This document shows, piece by piece, positions 37,014 through 48,757 of a stretch of DNA of 64,000 nucleotides. Each line of letters starts with the position of its first letter. Position 1 is the stretch's first letter. The notes beneath the pieces were generated by a model. That model did not search any database, was not told the DNA's origin, and saw only the letters and a program-made list of their open reading frames with translations. A program made the translations under genes and the position numbers. This DNA is from Carcharhinus amblyrhynchos. Lineage: Eukaryota. The stretch spans positions 24,428,001 through 24,492,000 of the forward strand of contig OZ336872.1 of the NCBI GenBank assembly GCA_965287045.1. The letters are read 5' to 3'.

Positions 37014-39132
37014 AGAATATCTGGCTATTTACTTCAATGCTTTTTGTGGGGTTTTACTGTGTGCAGAATTGCTTCCACATGTCCTATATTACAGCAGTGG
37101 TTACACTCCAGAAGCACTTAATTGTGTATAAAGTGCTTTGGGATGCTCTAGTGCCATGAAAGGCACTATATAAATCTAAGCCTTTGTTTCTTTCTGTTTT
37201 GCTTTTACTATATATCATTTTGATTGGGCTACTTCTACGATCTTCCGTTTTATCAATTTGTTGTGGTAATGCTTTAAAAGCAGCTTTGTTTCTAGAAGTA
37301 TTGGCAATTTTAAGGGGGCTGCAACTGTACAGTTCCCCATTTCCTCAGAATAATGTTCAAATCAGGTTTGTCCAGCCATATCGTCCAGCAATCAGGTGGG
37401 GTGCTCAACAGTGAGCGATTATGTGTAGTTATCCGGTTGTAATGGGGCTGGGTTATTCAATCATGTTCAGAAGATTGAGTGAGGTGGATTTTGATTAAAA
37501 GGACACAGGATGATTCACCCTGGTGAGGCAGGGAGAAGAGATCTTGCTAAACATGGGAGGAGGGTGAGATTTTTAAATACAAGCATTTTCTGCTGAGAAT
37601 GCAGCATAATGTAAAAATGTGGCATGGGATTTTCAGTTGTATTAAGCAGTGAATATTGAATACCTTGTCTGTAGTTTAGTGTATTAGTTGCCTACTAAGT
37701 AATGTTTGGTCTTAGTTAATATTAATGTTACAGTAAAAGTCTTAAAATATTAAATCCTGCTATGTGATCCTTTGACTTGATCACTGGGACTGTGAGTCTT
37801 TTTTTAAGATTATCAGTCTGTATGGGGATCCTAACAGGTGTCATTCTAGTTTATCTGCAACAAAATTAGTGTAATGTAATGATGGTACTTTGTACTTGCG
37901 TAATCTGGTCAAATGATCATGAGAAGATGTACCTACCAGGCACCTCTGTTTCTTTAGAAATTCCAGCAGTTAAATGAACATTGCAACTGTTGGAAATATT
38001 AAAGATAATGCTAGACGTTATCATACGAGAGATTGTGTTGCATCTCCCGATGATGTAATCGAGACAGCTTCTTCAGTGTCACTGCATATCTCCTGCTCAA
38101 TATAGTTCTCAGTTCAGGTGAGCAAACTACTGACAAAATGATACAAAAGAAATGTTATGGAATCTGTCGAATCGACTATTGTCATCAGCCAGGTGCTCAA
38201 ATTTAATGTGTCTAACTACAGGTAATTGGTAACTTGTGTGATGGCAAAATCACATCAATGAACATCTTTTGCATATTCATACAGGCCATGGAACACATAA
38301 TGGATAGAGAGATGAATTGTCACTCACAAATAGATGGAGAGACAAGCATACTTTTAGAACTTAAGAAAATGCCCTTTCCTTAGGCTGAAGGACAAGTGAT
38401 AGAAAGTCAAATTTCAGTCATTTTTCACAAAATTATATTCCAACTATTCTCAAAACATATCTCCTCTAGTGAACATATTAACGACATCTAAAATTATTTT
38501 TAATTTGTATGAATTTTCATATACCCTCTCATTCATCAATAAGTTCAGCATAAAATGAATTTTCATTTTAGTTTGAGCTAAAGCCATTAATATAATTGTG
38601 TATGAGGTGATTTGGTGAAAAATATGATACTCCAGTACTTGTGTGCTATTTCCTTTAGTGCCACACAACAAAATCCTTGGTATCATTTTCTTTGCTTCTG
38701 CCAAAATAATATTTAACATGATTTTAACATCATTTTTAGGTACACGCACCTGCCATTTCACTTGCATGATTTTTATTTCTCTTCAGATAATTCTAAAGCG
38801 CAGTACACCTAACCAGGAGACCAGATTTCTGGAATGTAATGCATGCTCAGACTCCTTCTAGTCAAAATAAGAGGGTGTTTTGCAGAGATTGGAGAGACAC
38901 TCCTTCTGCATCAATTAAATGCTCTTTTTGATAGACCTAAACAGAGATTTTAAAAAATCAACATGTCATCTGTGCATTATACCATCCAAAACCCTTTGGC
39001 TCGGGAGTCTAAATGAATATTGCACTTAAGGGGAGGGAAATATAAATAAAATTAACTATTCACTTTCTGTCAAGTCAATAATTTTAAAACAACTGTAATT
39101 GATAAACCAGAAATTTTTGCATGCTGATTTTG

Positions 39133-39430
39133 ATTTATTAATGTCACAAGTAGGCTTACATTAACACTGCAATGAAGTTAGTGTGAAAGTCCCCTAGTCG
39201 CCACACTCTGGCGCCTGTTTGGGTACATGGAGGGAGAATTTAGCATGGCCAATGCACCTAACCAGCACACCTTTTTGACTGCGGGCAGAACCAGAGCACC
39301 TGGAGGAAACCCATGAAGACATGGGGAGAACATGCAGACTCCACACAGATTATGACCGAAGCCAGGAATCAAACCCGAGTCCCTAGTGCTGTGAGGCGGC
39401 AGTGCTAACCACTGTGCCACCATGCCACCC
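39133..39430 (-). mobile_element. V-SINE, tail type B
   Basis: Full-length copy on minus strand. Confidence 0.9.
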
Positions 39431-40713
39431 TGACCATTCTAGGTGAAGTGTTGGAGTGGTTAAATTTAAACAAGCTTGGAAATAAATGTACAGTTAGTCA
39501 ATAAATTTTTGGTATTTTCTTACACGGGAATTTGTATCTGTTCGCTACTGTAGGCTGCACTCGAATACTGGAGTATGAAAAATGACTTAGGTGCTGCATT
39601 CAACCATTTTTAATCATTTGTATAACTTGCAACTCTGAACATTTTGGGAATGCGGTCTGTGAAATTTCAGTTGAAGTGCTTATGTCTTCCTTGGAAGATA
39701 GATGGAGTGACAAATTTGAGGAAATAATGCTACTATCGCACAGTACTAAAAGCATCCTGCAATACATTACATCACATTTATGACAAAAATGTTCAAAGCT
39801 GCAATGATCTGGTTGAGGGAGGTTGGACTTCAGATGCAGAGGTTCTGCTTTTTGTCTGTTGGTGATCTATACAGTTTGCTTTTCTGTATGGATAAGGTAA
39901 TTGTGAACAAAATAGTTTCACAGCTCCTTTGCCTTTGTGCATTTGTTAGAAAAAAGCAGGAGCCAAAAGCAGAATCGTGACTATCACATGCTATATATAT
40001 ATTTCTCCTCTCCCCACTTTCACACTACCCCACCCACCCCCAACACCCCACACCAATCATGACATTACATTTGGTTTTCTGACAAAGGGTTACCAAATGT
40101 TACTTAGTTTTGCATAGTTAACATTTCGGTAATGGGTAGTCAGGATTCTCTCAGCAACTATACAGCATTTTCTAAAGCAATTTGGCGTTGTTGTAGCAAC
40201 TTGTGGTAGTGCTCTGAATAAAACAGATGTCACTGTGGCAGACTGATGCAAGAACAATCTATCATTGCGTTGTTACCACTCCTCCTTGTCCAAGCAAGTC
40301 ATCAGAATGGCAGTTCTAGCTGCATAATCATCACCATAAGCTATTAGCAATGTCTTCCTTCATTCTGCTATTAAACAGTGAGGTGTTATGTTAGTCTTCA
40401 TGGTTGCTTGGTTGAGGAGCTGATAAACTAATGAAGCGTTGACCATTTACTAACTAATGTTTGGATTAGGTCTTACTAGGCTGAGGTTTCCAAATGTCTC
40501 TTTAAGCAAACACATTTGTTTTTTATTGAAATGTTCTCAGGTCGACAGTTAAGAGACTTCATCTTGGTGGGGTATGGATTTCATCCAGTGATCTTTCAGT
40601 GAATGTTATTTGAAAATACAGATGAACTTAGAAAATATGTTGACAGGCTTAGATTGATGTGGAATTTTAAAATATGCAGACAGATGTGATTCTTTACAAC
40701 CACTTATTAAGGA

Positions 40714-40780
40714 AGTAGTAAAGATACTACTTTATCTTTAGTGGTAATACTGAAGATAAAGTAGTAGTATCTTTACTGCT
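40714..40780. repeat. Inverted repeat / hairpin (about 29-bp arms)
   Basis: agtagtaaagatactactttatctttagt-ggtaat-actgaagataaagtagtagtatctttactgct. Confidence 0.9.
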
Positions 40781-42289
40781 ACCATGGTAGTAAAGGTAAA
40801 AATATCATATATGAAGAGATGAAAAACAATAGAACATAAAAGAAGTGTTAGAAGCTGAGAAAACGTACAACCTTTACTGTTTTACATCCAATTTATGCTA
40901 ATGAATCTGTGGATCACAAAGTATTGTGGCCTACAAAACTGGATAATCTTCTATAATGTGCAGACAAGGGCAGTAAACTATTAAATCATGCAGTATTAGA
41001 ATTCTATGATACAGTTAGTAGAGCAGTATTTTTGTTTCCTACATTTATTCATAATAAAATCTTATTGTATATTTTTAATATTGTTTCTGAGAAAGATTTG
41101 ATGTGGCAGAAACTGAATCACCTGTGTTCGAGATGCAGATAGAAATACAGACGAGAACTTTGAGAGAGTAACCTGCATTATCACGGTCAACACTGGTGAA
41201 TAAATGTGCTGCAGGACTCCTGTGTGAATTTTCTATACATGTCTAAGCAAGTAGATTATACATTTGAGAACCTTGTTTTTTTTATTGTTAATGTTTTCAA
41301 TGACAGCTGGTTTTGGATTTTCCTTCCTTTTTTGGCAGCAAGACAACTCTCAAAAGTGAATGTTCAGTTTTGGTGAGATAATTGCACATTAATGTATGTA
41401 TCTAAAACAAACTCTGGGAAACAATGTCAAAATTGAATGTGACAATGCCTTGCATTTTCAGAGCGGGTAGAAATCATTTTCAGAGTGGGTGCACGGTTTA
41501 GTACATATTGGCCGATTGAATGTTATGTTAACTAAATGCGATTTCATTAACTAGAGAAAGATCTGATAGGATTTTAGTTTGGGTGTCTTAGAGCTTGTGT
41601 AAACTACAATTTTTTTGCATTCTCTTGATCTTATTTAACACTGTTGAATCTTAAAATTCAATAGTTTTGTTACACTTGAAAGTTAAAACAAAACATGCAA
41701 GATTTACCTGTGCTGCAATTGCTAACCAGTGAATGTACTCTTGGTAATGAAACCTTCTTGAATTCTCAGCATTCTTTATGAAAGAAATAGACCACTTTTC
41801 ATTGTTGTTATAGATAACAGCTCTGTCTGTTATCTGTGTGAATCAGACAGTGTGTATAGTGCTAGTTTGTACAGTCACAGTCTGAAGCATGGCCGTGACG
41901 AAATCAATCTGACACTTTCACAATATGGAGCTTTATCTCAAAGCACACACAGCACATTTGCTAGTCATAACCCCACATTTTAATGACTGACGCATGCGGG
42001 AAGCAATTTCAATTTTTTTTTTCTGAAAGGGATAAATGAGTATCCAGTTAATACCAATCATGAATTCAAGCCAACTAACAAAATTGATGCTACATACCCT
42101 GTTCTTGTTTTGCATGTTCTGCAGTTTGAAATGCAATAATGAGCCAGTTTGTACACACACATCCGGATAAAGCTAATCTAAGAAAGTTCATTGTGCATTT
42201 TTGACGCATCTACCATTTGAATCTGAATTTATCCAGCTTGCTGCTGTTCTGTCCATAAACTAATCGGTCTTAATGCCGTTAAATTCCCT

Positions 42290-43531
42290 CAGATCTATTA
42301 CAAATAATCACAGCTTTTATGCCTGTTTTAAGAAAAGTACTGGTTATAGAGTTATACAAGCAGAAACAGTATAAATAAAATATCCATATAAAAATAGTCT
42401 CTTACAAAATATATTCTCTTAACCTATGGTTCCTTTGTCCACATGATGGGATTTGTCTGGAGTATCAGATTTGATAATCTTTAGTTCAAATGATTTATAA
42501 TTAGTTTGAAGTTTCGAAGTGAAAAATAATCAAGTTTTTACAGTAGTTTAAGTAATCACAACCAGTTTGATTTTCCAGACAACTAGCAGCAAAACAGCAG
42601 AAGATTTACAAAAGATGCCTGCTTTTGTCAGTAAAATGCCTGATGCTGCAGGACACAGAAGGTCCCTGCAAACAGCTGTTAGAAATATCTGAGCAAACCT
42701 AATATATACAGCCAAACAAATCCAATTCTTGCTGTCTCAAAAGAAAGTTTTCCACAAAGAAAGTGAAACGCTTTCTTTGCAGAAGTGTCCCAAGGAAAGT
42801 TTTCTTTTAAAATAAATTAATATTAGTTTTCTTTTTCTCTAAATATATTGTTAAATATTGTCGTTACTATTTACTTAATGTTGCTGGTATAGTCAGTCAT
42901 TATGTCCAAGTGCCCCAGTCCACCATGGTTTTCTTAATGGCTGTGAAAAAATGTGGCAGAAAAGAAAAAAAGGCTGATAAGTCAGTGTCTATGGGAAACT
43001 GAAAACAGTAATACTTGCTGTAGCCAAAATGTGAGATCCAGACAGGCAAGACAAGCAGAAGCTTTTCACAAATGCAGAAACCTAAATCTGCATAATCCAC
43101 ACTCAAAGCAGAAATTCTCACAGGGGCATTGTCAGCCCTGTCCTGTTTATAGTCCATATTTAAAGCGTTCTTTTTTTTCCTCTCTCCAAGCCAAGTTACT
43201 GTTGATTTTCATTACGGCTTCTTTCAACTTTGTGCCTTTTTCTGTTCAGACAGACCGGGATTTATTTCAATGCACTAATTGAAATCGGCTTTGCGTATTT
43301 GAATTCTGTGTGGTATACTTATGGTGATGGCAACAGGTGCTTCCCTTTGTAGTCCAGCTGGGCTTATCTATCTGGCAACATTATCGGTACAGGGATCCTC
43401 AAGCTTTTGCACTCTATAGGAAAGCGAGACATTATTTGCAAACTCACAGCCACTAGATTGAGATCATGTGCAAATTTAAGGAATATTTTTCTTTGGAGGG
43501 TATGACGCTCCTCCCTATAAAAGGTTCGATA
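42290..43531 (-). other. wnt7a: Probable Wnt7a 3'UTR (distal end not determined; may extend further left)
   Basis: Follows the stop codon, TE-free, with AU-rich blocks such as UAUUUUAUUUAUAC near 42367-42380. Minus-strand AATAAA candidates at 43261, 41281, 41044 and 40522. Confidence 0.55.
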
Positions 43532-44011
43532 TCATTTACAGGTATAAACTTCTGTTCTTTCGCTGCAGGTGTTGCACTTGACGTAACAGCACCAGTGGAA
43601 TTTGCAGTTGCACTGCCAGACTCTGGAATACTGGTGCGTGTTGTATCCCCGTCCACAACACATCAAATCACAACTGTTATTTTGCGAGGATGTCTTGTTA
43701 CACATTCGTCCCTGTGTCCCGACACTCCCGGTGATTGGATCCTCCTCGCAGTAGTTAGGAGATTTCTCAATGTACACTAAGTCTGTAACCATCGGCTTAC
43801 GATATGAAAGTGGCTTTTTAATCTTCAAGAAGACCGGCCGTTTGTTTCGATGCGTCCTTACTGGTTCGACTTGAACCGCTTCATTGTATTTCTCTTTCAG
43901 GATGTAGCCCAGTTCTCTGAATTTGGGTAGCATTGTCCAGCACGTCTTAGTGGTACATGATCCGGACACTCCGTGACATTTGCATTCCAGTTTCATATTT
44001 TCTCCAAGGAT
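43532..44011 (-). CDS. wnt7a: Wnt7a last coding exon (159 aa, [19 protein letters not shown]...EVYTCK*)
   Basis: Wnt cysteine pattern, lipidated Ser motif [10 protein letters not shown], and Wnt7a-specific linker [24 protein letters not shown]. About 88% identical to human WNT7A 191-349 as recalled. Phase-0 acceptor ttattctag|ATC CTT at the same position as the human intron; TGA at 43532-43534. Confidence 0.97.
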   Translation of the reverse strand: MLGENMKLECKCHGVSGSCTTKTCWTMLPKFRELGYILKEKYNEAVQVEPVRTHRNKRPVFLKIKKPLSYRKPMVTDLVYIEKSPNYCEEDPITGSVGTQGRMCNKTSSQNNSCDLMCCGRGYNTHQYSRVWQCNCKFHWCCYVKCNTCSERTEVYTCK

Positions 44012-44040
44012 CTAGAATAAAGCAAACACAATACATGTCA
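44012..44040 (-). promoter_or_regulatory. wnt7a: 3' splice acceptor of Wnt7a last exon
   Basis: Minus strand tgtattgtgtttgctttattctAG immediately before ATC. Confidence 0.9.
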
Positions 44041-44253
44041 CCAAACCCACGGTAAAGCCACAAGCATTTGTTACACTTACAGTGGAGAACCTTAAATGTA
44101 TCATAACACTGGGCACTGAATGAGATGAAAAGACAATATAGATCAATAAGATTCAACCAACCAGATTAAGAATCAGTCCATCTTCAAGGATTCATTTCCA
44201 ACTGAAATGTCAGAAGTCATAACAATGCTTAAACCACTGTCTGCAATGATGGT

Positions 44254-44477
44254 CACAGTAAGAAGTCTCACAACACCAGGTTAAAGTCCAACAGGCTTAT
44301 TTAGAATCACGAGCTTTCAGAGTGTTACTCCTTGCTCAGGTGAGTCAACTCATTCACCTGAGGAAGGAGCAGCACTCTGAAAGCTCGTGCTTCCAAATAA
44401 ACCTGTTGGACTTTAACCTGGTGTTGTGAGACTTCTTACTGTGCTCACCCCAGTCCAACGCCGGCATCTCCACATCA
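44254..44477. mobile_element. Penelope-derived fold-back element (two inverted pLTR ends)
   Basis: 92-bp arms 44254-44345 / 44352-44443 with 7 mismatches; same family as 34278-34775. Confidence 0.9.
44354..44390 (+). ncRNA. Minimal type-I hammerhead ribozyme motif
   Basis: tcac-CTGAGGA-a-ggag-cagca-ctct-GAAA-gc-TC-gtgc. Confidence 0.55.
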
Positions 44478-44764
44478 AAAACGATGGTGGCAGTAGTCTA
44501 ATAGAAGTCTCATTGTAGTTACAAACAGACAGTGAATAGAACCTTTTGAGAAATGGTAGTTTTACAATTAATTTTTTGAAAGATGTTTCTACCAATATCA
44601 TCACTTGGGTGTTTGCTTGCTGTGTTGACCTTTCAATTGGTAGCTTTCCCCTGTTTTAGGAAAACTGAACAATTAAATCAGGCAGTCACTGGCAAAACAT
44701 CCCAAGATGAAACTTAACACATTTTAGGGAACTAGATAGTGCAATAAGAACGTTCACTGTTTTG

Positions 44765-46940
44765 TTTATTTATTCTTTCAGCATATATTGCCCACTGATA
44801 ATTGCTCTTGAGAAGGTGGTGGTGAGCTGCCTTCTTAAACTGCTGCAGTGCATGCAGTGCAGCTACACCCATAGTGCTGTTAGGGAAGGAATTCCAGGAT
44901 TTTGACCCAGTGACAGTGAAAAAAACGGTAATATAATTCCAAGTCAGGATGGTGCGCTCTTGAAGGGAAAGTTCAAGCTAATGCTGACCCCCACATCTGT
45001 TGCCCTTTTCTTTTGAGGTGGCAGAGGTCTTGGGTTTGGAAAGTGCTATCAAAAAAGCACTGGTGAGTTGCTGTAGTGCATCTTAGCAATGGTACTTACT
45101 GCTGGCCACTGTGCATTGGTGATGAAGAAAGTGAATGTTTAAGATGGTGGTTGGGGTGCCAATCAAGTGGGCTACTTTGTCCTGGATGGTGTTGAGTTTC
45201 TTGAGTGCTGTTGGAGCTGCACTCACCCAGGCAAGTGGACAGTGGTCCATCACACTCTGATATGCAAAGATATTTTATTTTGGCCTTGGAGGGAGTGCAG
45301 AGGAGGTTTACTAGGCTGATGCCGGAGTTGAGGGGGTTGAGCTATGAGGAGAGGCTGAATAAACTGGGCTTGTACTCGTTAGAGTTTAGAAGAATGAGGG
45401 GAGATCTCATTGAGACGTATAAGATGATGAATGGGATGGATAGGATAGAGGTGGAGAGACTCTTCCCGCTCAAAAAAGACAGTAGGACTAGGGGGCACAG
45501 CCTCAAAATAAAAGGGGGGCGGTTTAGAACGGAGTTGAGGAGGAACTTCTTCACTCAAAGGGTGGTGAATCTCTGGAATTCTCTGCCCGTTGAAGTGGTG
45601 GAGGCTGCCTCGCTAAATATTTTTAAGACGCGGGTTGATGGGTTTTTGATAAGAGAGGGGATTAAGGGTTATGGGGAGAAAGCGGGGAAGTGGAACTGAG
45701 CAGCGACAGATCAGCCATGATCTTATTGAATGGCGGGGCAGGCTCGAAGGGCTAGATGGCCTACTCCTGCTCCTATTTCTTATGTCCTTATGTTCTTATA
45801 TGTGCCTTGTAGATAGTGGACAAGCTCTGGGGAGTCAGGACGTGAATTATTCATTGAATTATTCACCTGAGCATTCCCAGCCTCTGAATTCCCCCTATAG
45901 CCCCAGTATTTAAATGACCAGTCCTATTCAGTTTCTGATCAATGATAACTCCCAGAATGTTGATAGTGGGGTATTCAGTGGTAGTTATGCCATTAAATAT
46001 CAAGGGGAGATAGTTAGATTCTTTCTTGTCATTACCTGTCACTTGTGTGGCATGAATGTTGTTTGTCACTTATCAGCCCAAGCCTGGATATTGCCAGGTC
46101 TTGCTGCATTTAGACATGGACTGCTTCAATATCCGAGGAGTCACAAATGATGCTGAACATTGTGCAACTATTAACGAACATCCCCACTTCTGACCTTATG
46201 TTGGAGCGGATTCATTGATGGAGCAATTGAAGCCAAGGACACTACAATGAGGAACTCCCGCAGCAAAGTCCTGGGAATTAAATGATTGACCTCAAAACAA
46301 ACACAGCCATCCTACTTTGTGCTAGGTATGGTGCCAAAGAATGGAGAGTTTTCTCCCTGATTCCCATTGACTCCAGTTTTGTTATGGCGCTTCAGGTCTC
46401 ATTGTTCAAATACTGCTTTAATGTCAAGGACCATTACTCTCATCTCACCTCTGGCATTAAGCTCTTTTGTCCAGGTAAGGACCAAGACTGTAATGAGGTA
46501 AGAGCTGAGTGACCCTGGCAAAACCCAAACTGAATGTCGGTGAGCAGGTTATTGATGGGTAAGTGTTACTTGATGGCACTGTCAGCAACCTCTTCCATTA
46601 CTTGACTGATGACCAAGAGTAGACTGATGGGCTGGTAATTGGCCCAGTTGAATTTTCCCTGTTTATTGTGTACAGGACACAACTGGGCAATTTTCCATAT
46701 TGCTGGGTAAATGTCAGTTTCGTAGTTATACTGAAATAGCTTGGCTAGAGACACGGCTAGTCTGGAGCACAAATCTTCAATACTATTGCCGGAATGTCAT
46801 CAGGATCCATAGCTTTTGTGGTGTCCACTGTGCCTTTAGCTGTTTCTTGATATCATGTGGAATGAATCGAATTGGCTGAAGACTGGCATCTGTGACGCTG
46901 AGGACCTCTTGAGGAGGTCGAGATGGATCATCCATCTTTT
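44765..46940 (-). mobile_element. Degraded CR1/L2-group LINE (family of 17155-17895), split by young CR1
   Basis: Minus-strand RT remnants (IWKIAQLCPVHNKQGK...NYQPISLL, INILGVIIDQKL); its tail matches 17155-17895. Confidence 0.85.
45265..45797 (+). mobile_element. Young CR1 3' fragment (third copy)
   Basis: Near-identical to 20445-20967 and 33425-33952; possible TSD atatg. Confidence 0.95.
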
Positions 46941-47249
46941 GATTCCTGATTTTGAACACAGCCCAGATGAGATGAAAGTAACTTCTTTCTGCACGACATC
47001 AGATTAAACCCTCATTATGCGATAATGGAGAGACAAGCTTAAAAAAAGCTCGGTGTGAGAAATAGGAATACCTTGGTGAGGTGGGGTTGTTACCAAAGCA
47101 AAATGCAAGATATTTCAATTTACACTTCATTCACATTTTCTCTGATCTGAGAATGCTTAATTGTGACCCTGATTACAAAAGTGAATAATGTTCCCATCCT
47201 CAGTAGGAATAATGTTTTCTGCATTTACGCATTTGCCCACTATAGCACT

Positions 47250-47530
47250 GCTGCCAATAGACCTCGAGTGTTCTTTAATTCTACTCAGAAACTGCCTGAT
47301 CGCTCTTACTGAAATCGTTTCTCTCCACGGCTGTGATCATCGCTTTTAGAAATATCGCTTGCTTCTTTTCTTTTCTCCCTGTCCTTTCGGAAGATGCCAT
47401 AACTTGGGACATTTAACTTTCAGGCACGCCCAGCTTGTAGCCAGATCTCTGTATAGGCTACAACTGTATATCCTTTAAGATGAATATGTGCTTCAAACGC
47501 CCAATTTTTATTTCTAATACTACATACAAA
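47250..47530 (-). mobile_element. CR1 apurinic endonuclease N-terminal remnant
   Basis: Minus strand IRNK...YTVVAYTEIWLQ...LNVPSYGIFRKDR. Confidence 0.65.
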
Positions 47531-48035
47531 TGTGTGTGAAAATGTAGAAGGTCCCTATTCTGCCCAGGTGCCCTGGTAGTGCATTTCTCACATGTTTTGA
47601 CCTATCACACTAGCTAGCTGATGTGATGCACATTGCTGCACAAGGAATTTAATATGTTTATATCTCTCATCACTCCCACATTATTTTTAGCAGCTATTTT
47701 ATTATTACTTCCTTCAATCTTCTCTGTTCCCACAGTATTTACATTTTCTTTATCTCTTTTTGTGCTCTTATCTCCTCCTTATGTCATGTTTTCCAGCCTG
47801 GACCACTTTAGGTGCATCCTATACCTGTAGTACCACTCCCTCATGTCCAAGTACTGGGGCTATTGCCCCATGATAAGATCATACATTAATCTTTTACAAA
47901 GACATTGTTGTCCCTGATCAGTTTATCCCTCAGGTTATAACCAGAGATTATCTTGAGGTCTTGCTTTTAATTTGTATGACTAATTTATATTTTTTAACAT
48001 CATTCTCAGGATGTCGGCATTTATTGTTTAAAATT

Positions 48036-48339
48036 TATTTTTATTTTATTAGTGTCACAAGTAGGCATACATTAACACTGCAATGAATTTACTGTGAAAA
48101 TCCTTTAGTAGCCACACTCCAGTGCCTATTCGGGTGCACTGAGGGAGAATTTAGCATGGCTAATGCAGCTGACCAGCACATCTTTTGGACTGTGGGAGGA
48201 AACTGCAGCAACCAGAGGAAACCCACACAGACATGGGGAGAACGCGCTGACTCTGCACAGATAGTGACCCAAGCCAGCAATCGAACCCAGGTCCCTGGCG
48301 CTGTGAGGCAGCAGTGCTAACCACTGTACCACCATGCAC
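48036..48339 (-). mobile_element. V-SINE, tail type B
   Basis: Full-length minus-strand copy. Confidence 0.9.
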
Positions 48340-48757
48340 CTGCCCCCTCCATCACTAGTTACCACACTTGCTAGAGTGCTTCTGACACAGCAATGTTGAT
48401 GTGTGATTGGAGTCACATAGAGGCCAAACTTGATAAGAACAGGAAGTTCCGTTCCTTTAAGAACATGAGGCCCTAATGCCTTCATGTTCACATTTACTGG
48501 ATCCAGTTTTCTATTCACAGATTATTTTTTTGAATTGAACTCAAATGTTCAAACTCCCATATCAGGATTAGAACTCACATCCCCAAGGTTATTAGTCTAA
48601 ACCTTTGGATTGCAAGTCCACAAGTATAATTCTCTTACTCTCCCAGCATGAATTCCTCCCTGTTCTTTCCTATGTGTTGCTTCCAACATGGATTGCTACA
48701 ACTGGTTATTCCTCCTCTGGTTCCAAGCTACCTTCAAGCCACTTCTGCTGGAAAATC

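Larger units (their letters stand above)
36060..37195 (+). mobile_element. Deu-domain SINE (SacSINE1/AmnSINE1-like) split by CR1 and MITE
   Basis: gctgacactatggtgctgtaatgagggagtgctgcattg...ttctccccaatgtcctggttaatattt..., tail aaagtgctttgggatg...gaaaggcactatataaat. Confidence 0.7.

Noticed and set aside
1-39000. Exons of a neighbouring gene
   Set aside because: No ORF or splice-bounded segment with recognisable host-protein similarity; very short exons cannot be excluded by eye.
43261-43266. First minus-strand AATAAA as the main poly(A) signal
   Set aside because: The downstream sequence is A-rich rather than U/GU-rich, and UTR-like AU-rich blocks continue for more than 900 nt; it cannot be called without RNA data.
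43466-43780. Plus-strand 104-aa ORF and minus-strand alternative-frame ORF over the Wnt7a exon
   Set aside because: Shadow frames of a real exon with no recognisable domain.
43532-44011. Wnt7b instead of Wnt7a
   Set aside because: The linker [24 protein letters not shown] and the RELGY and YSRVWQ motifs match Wnt7a; Wnt7b has VEVVRASRLRQPTFL and YTKVWQ.
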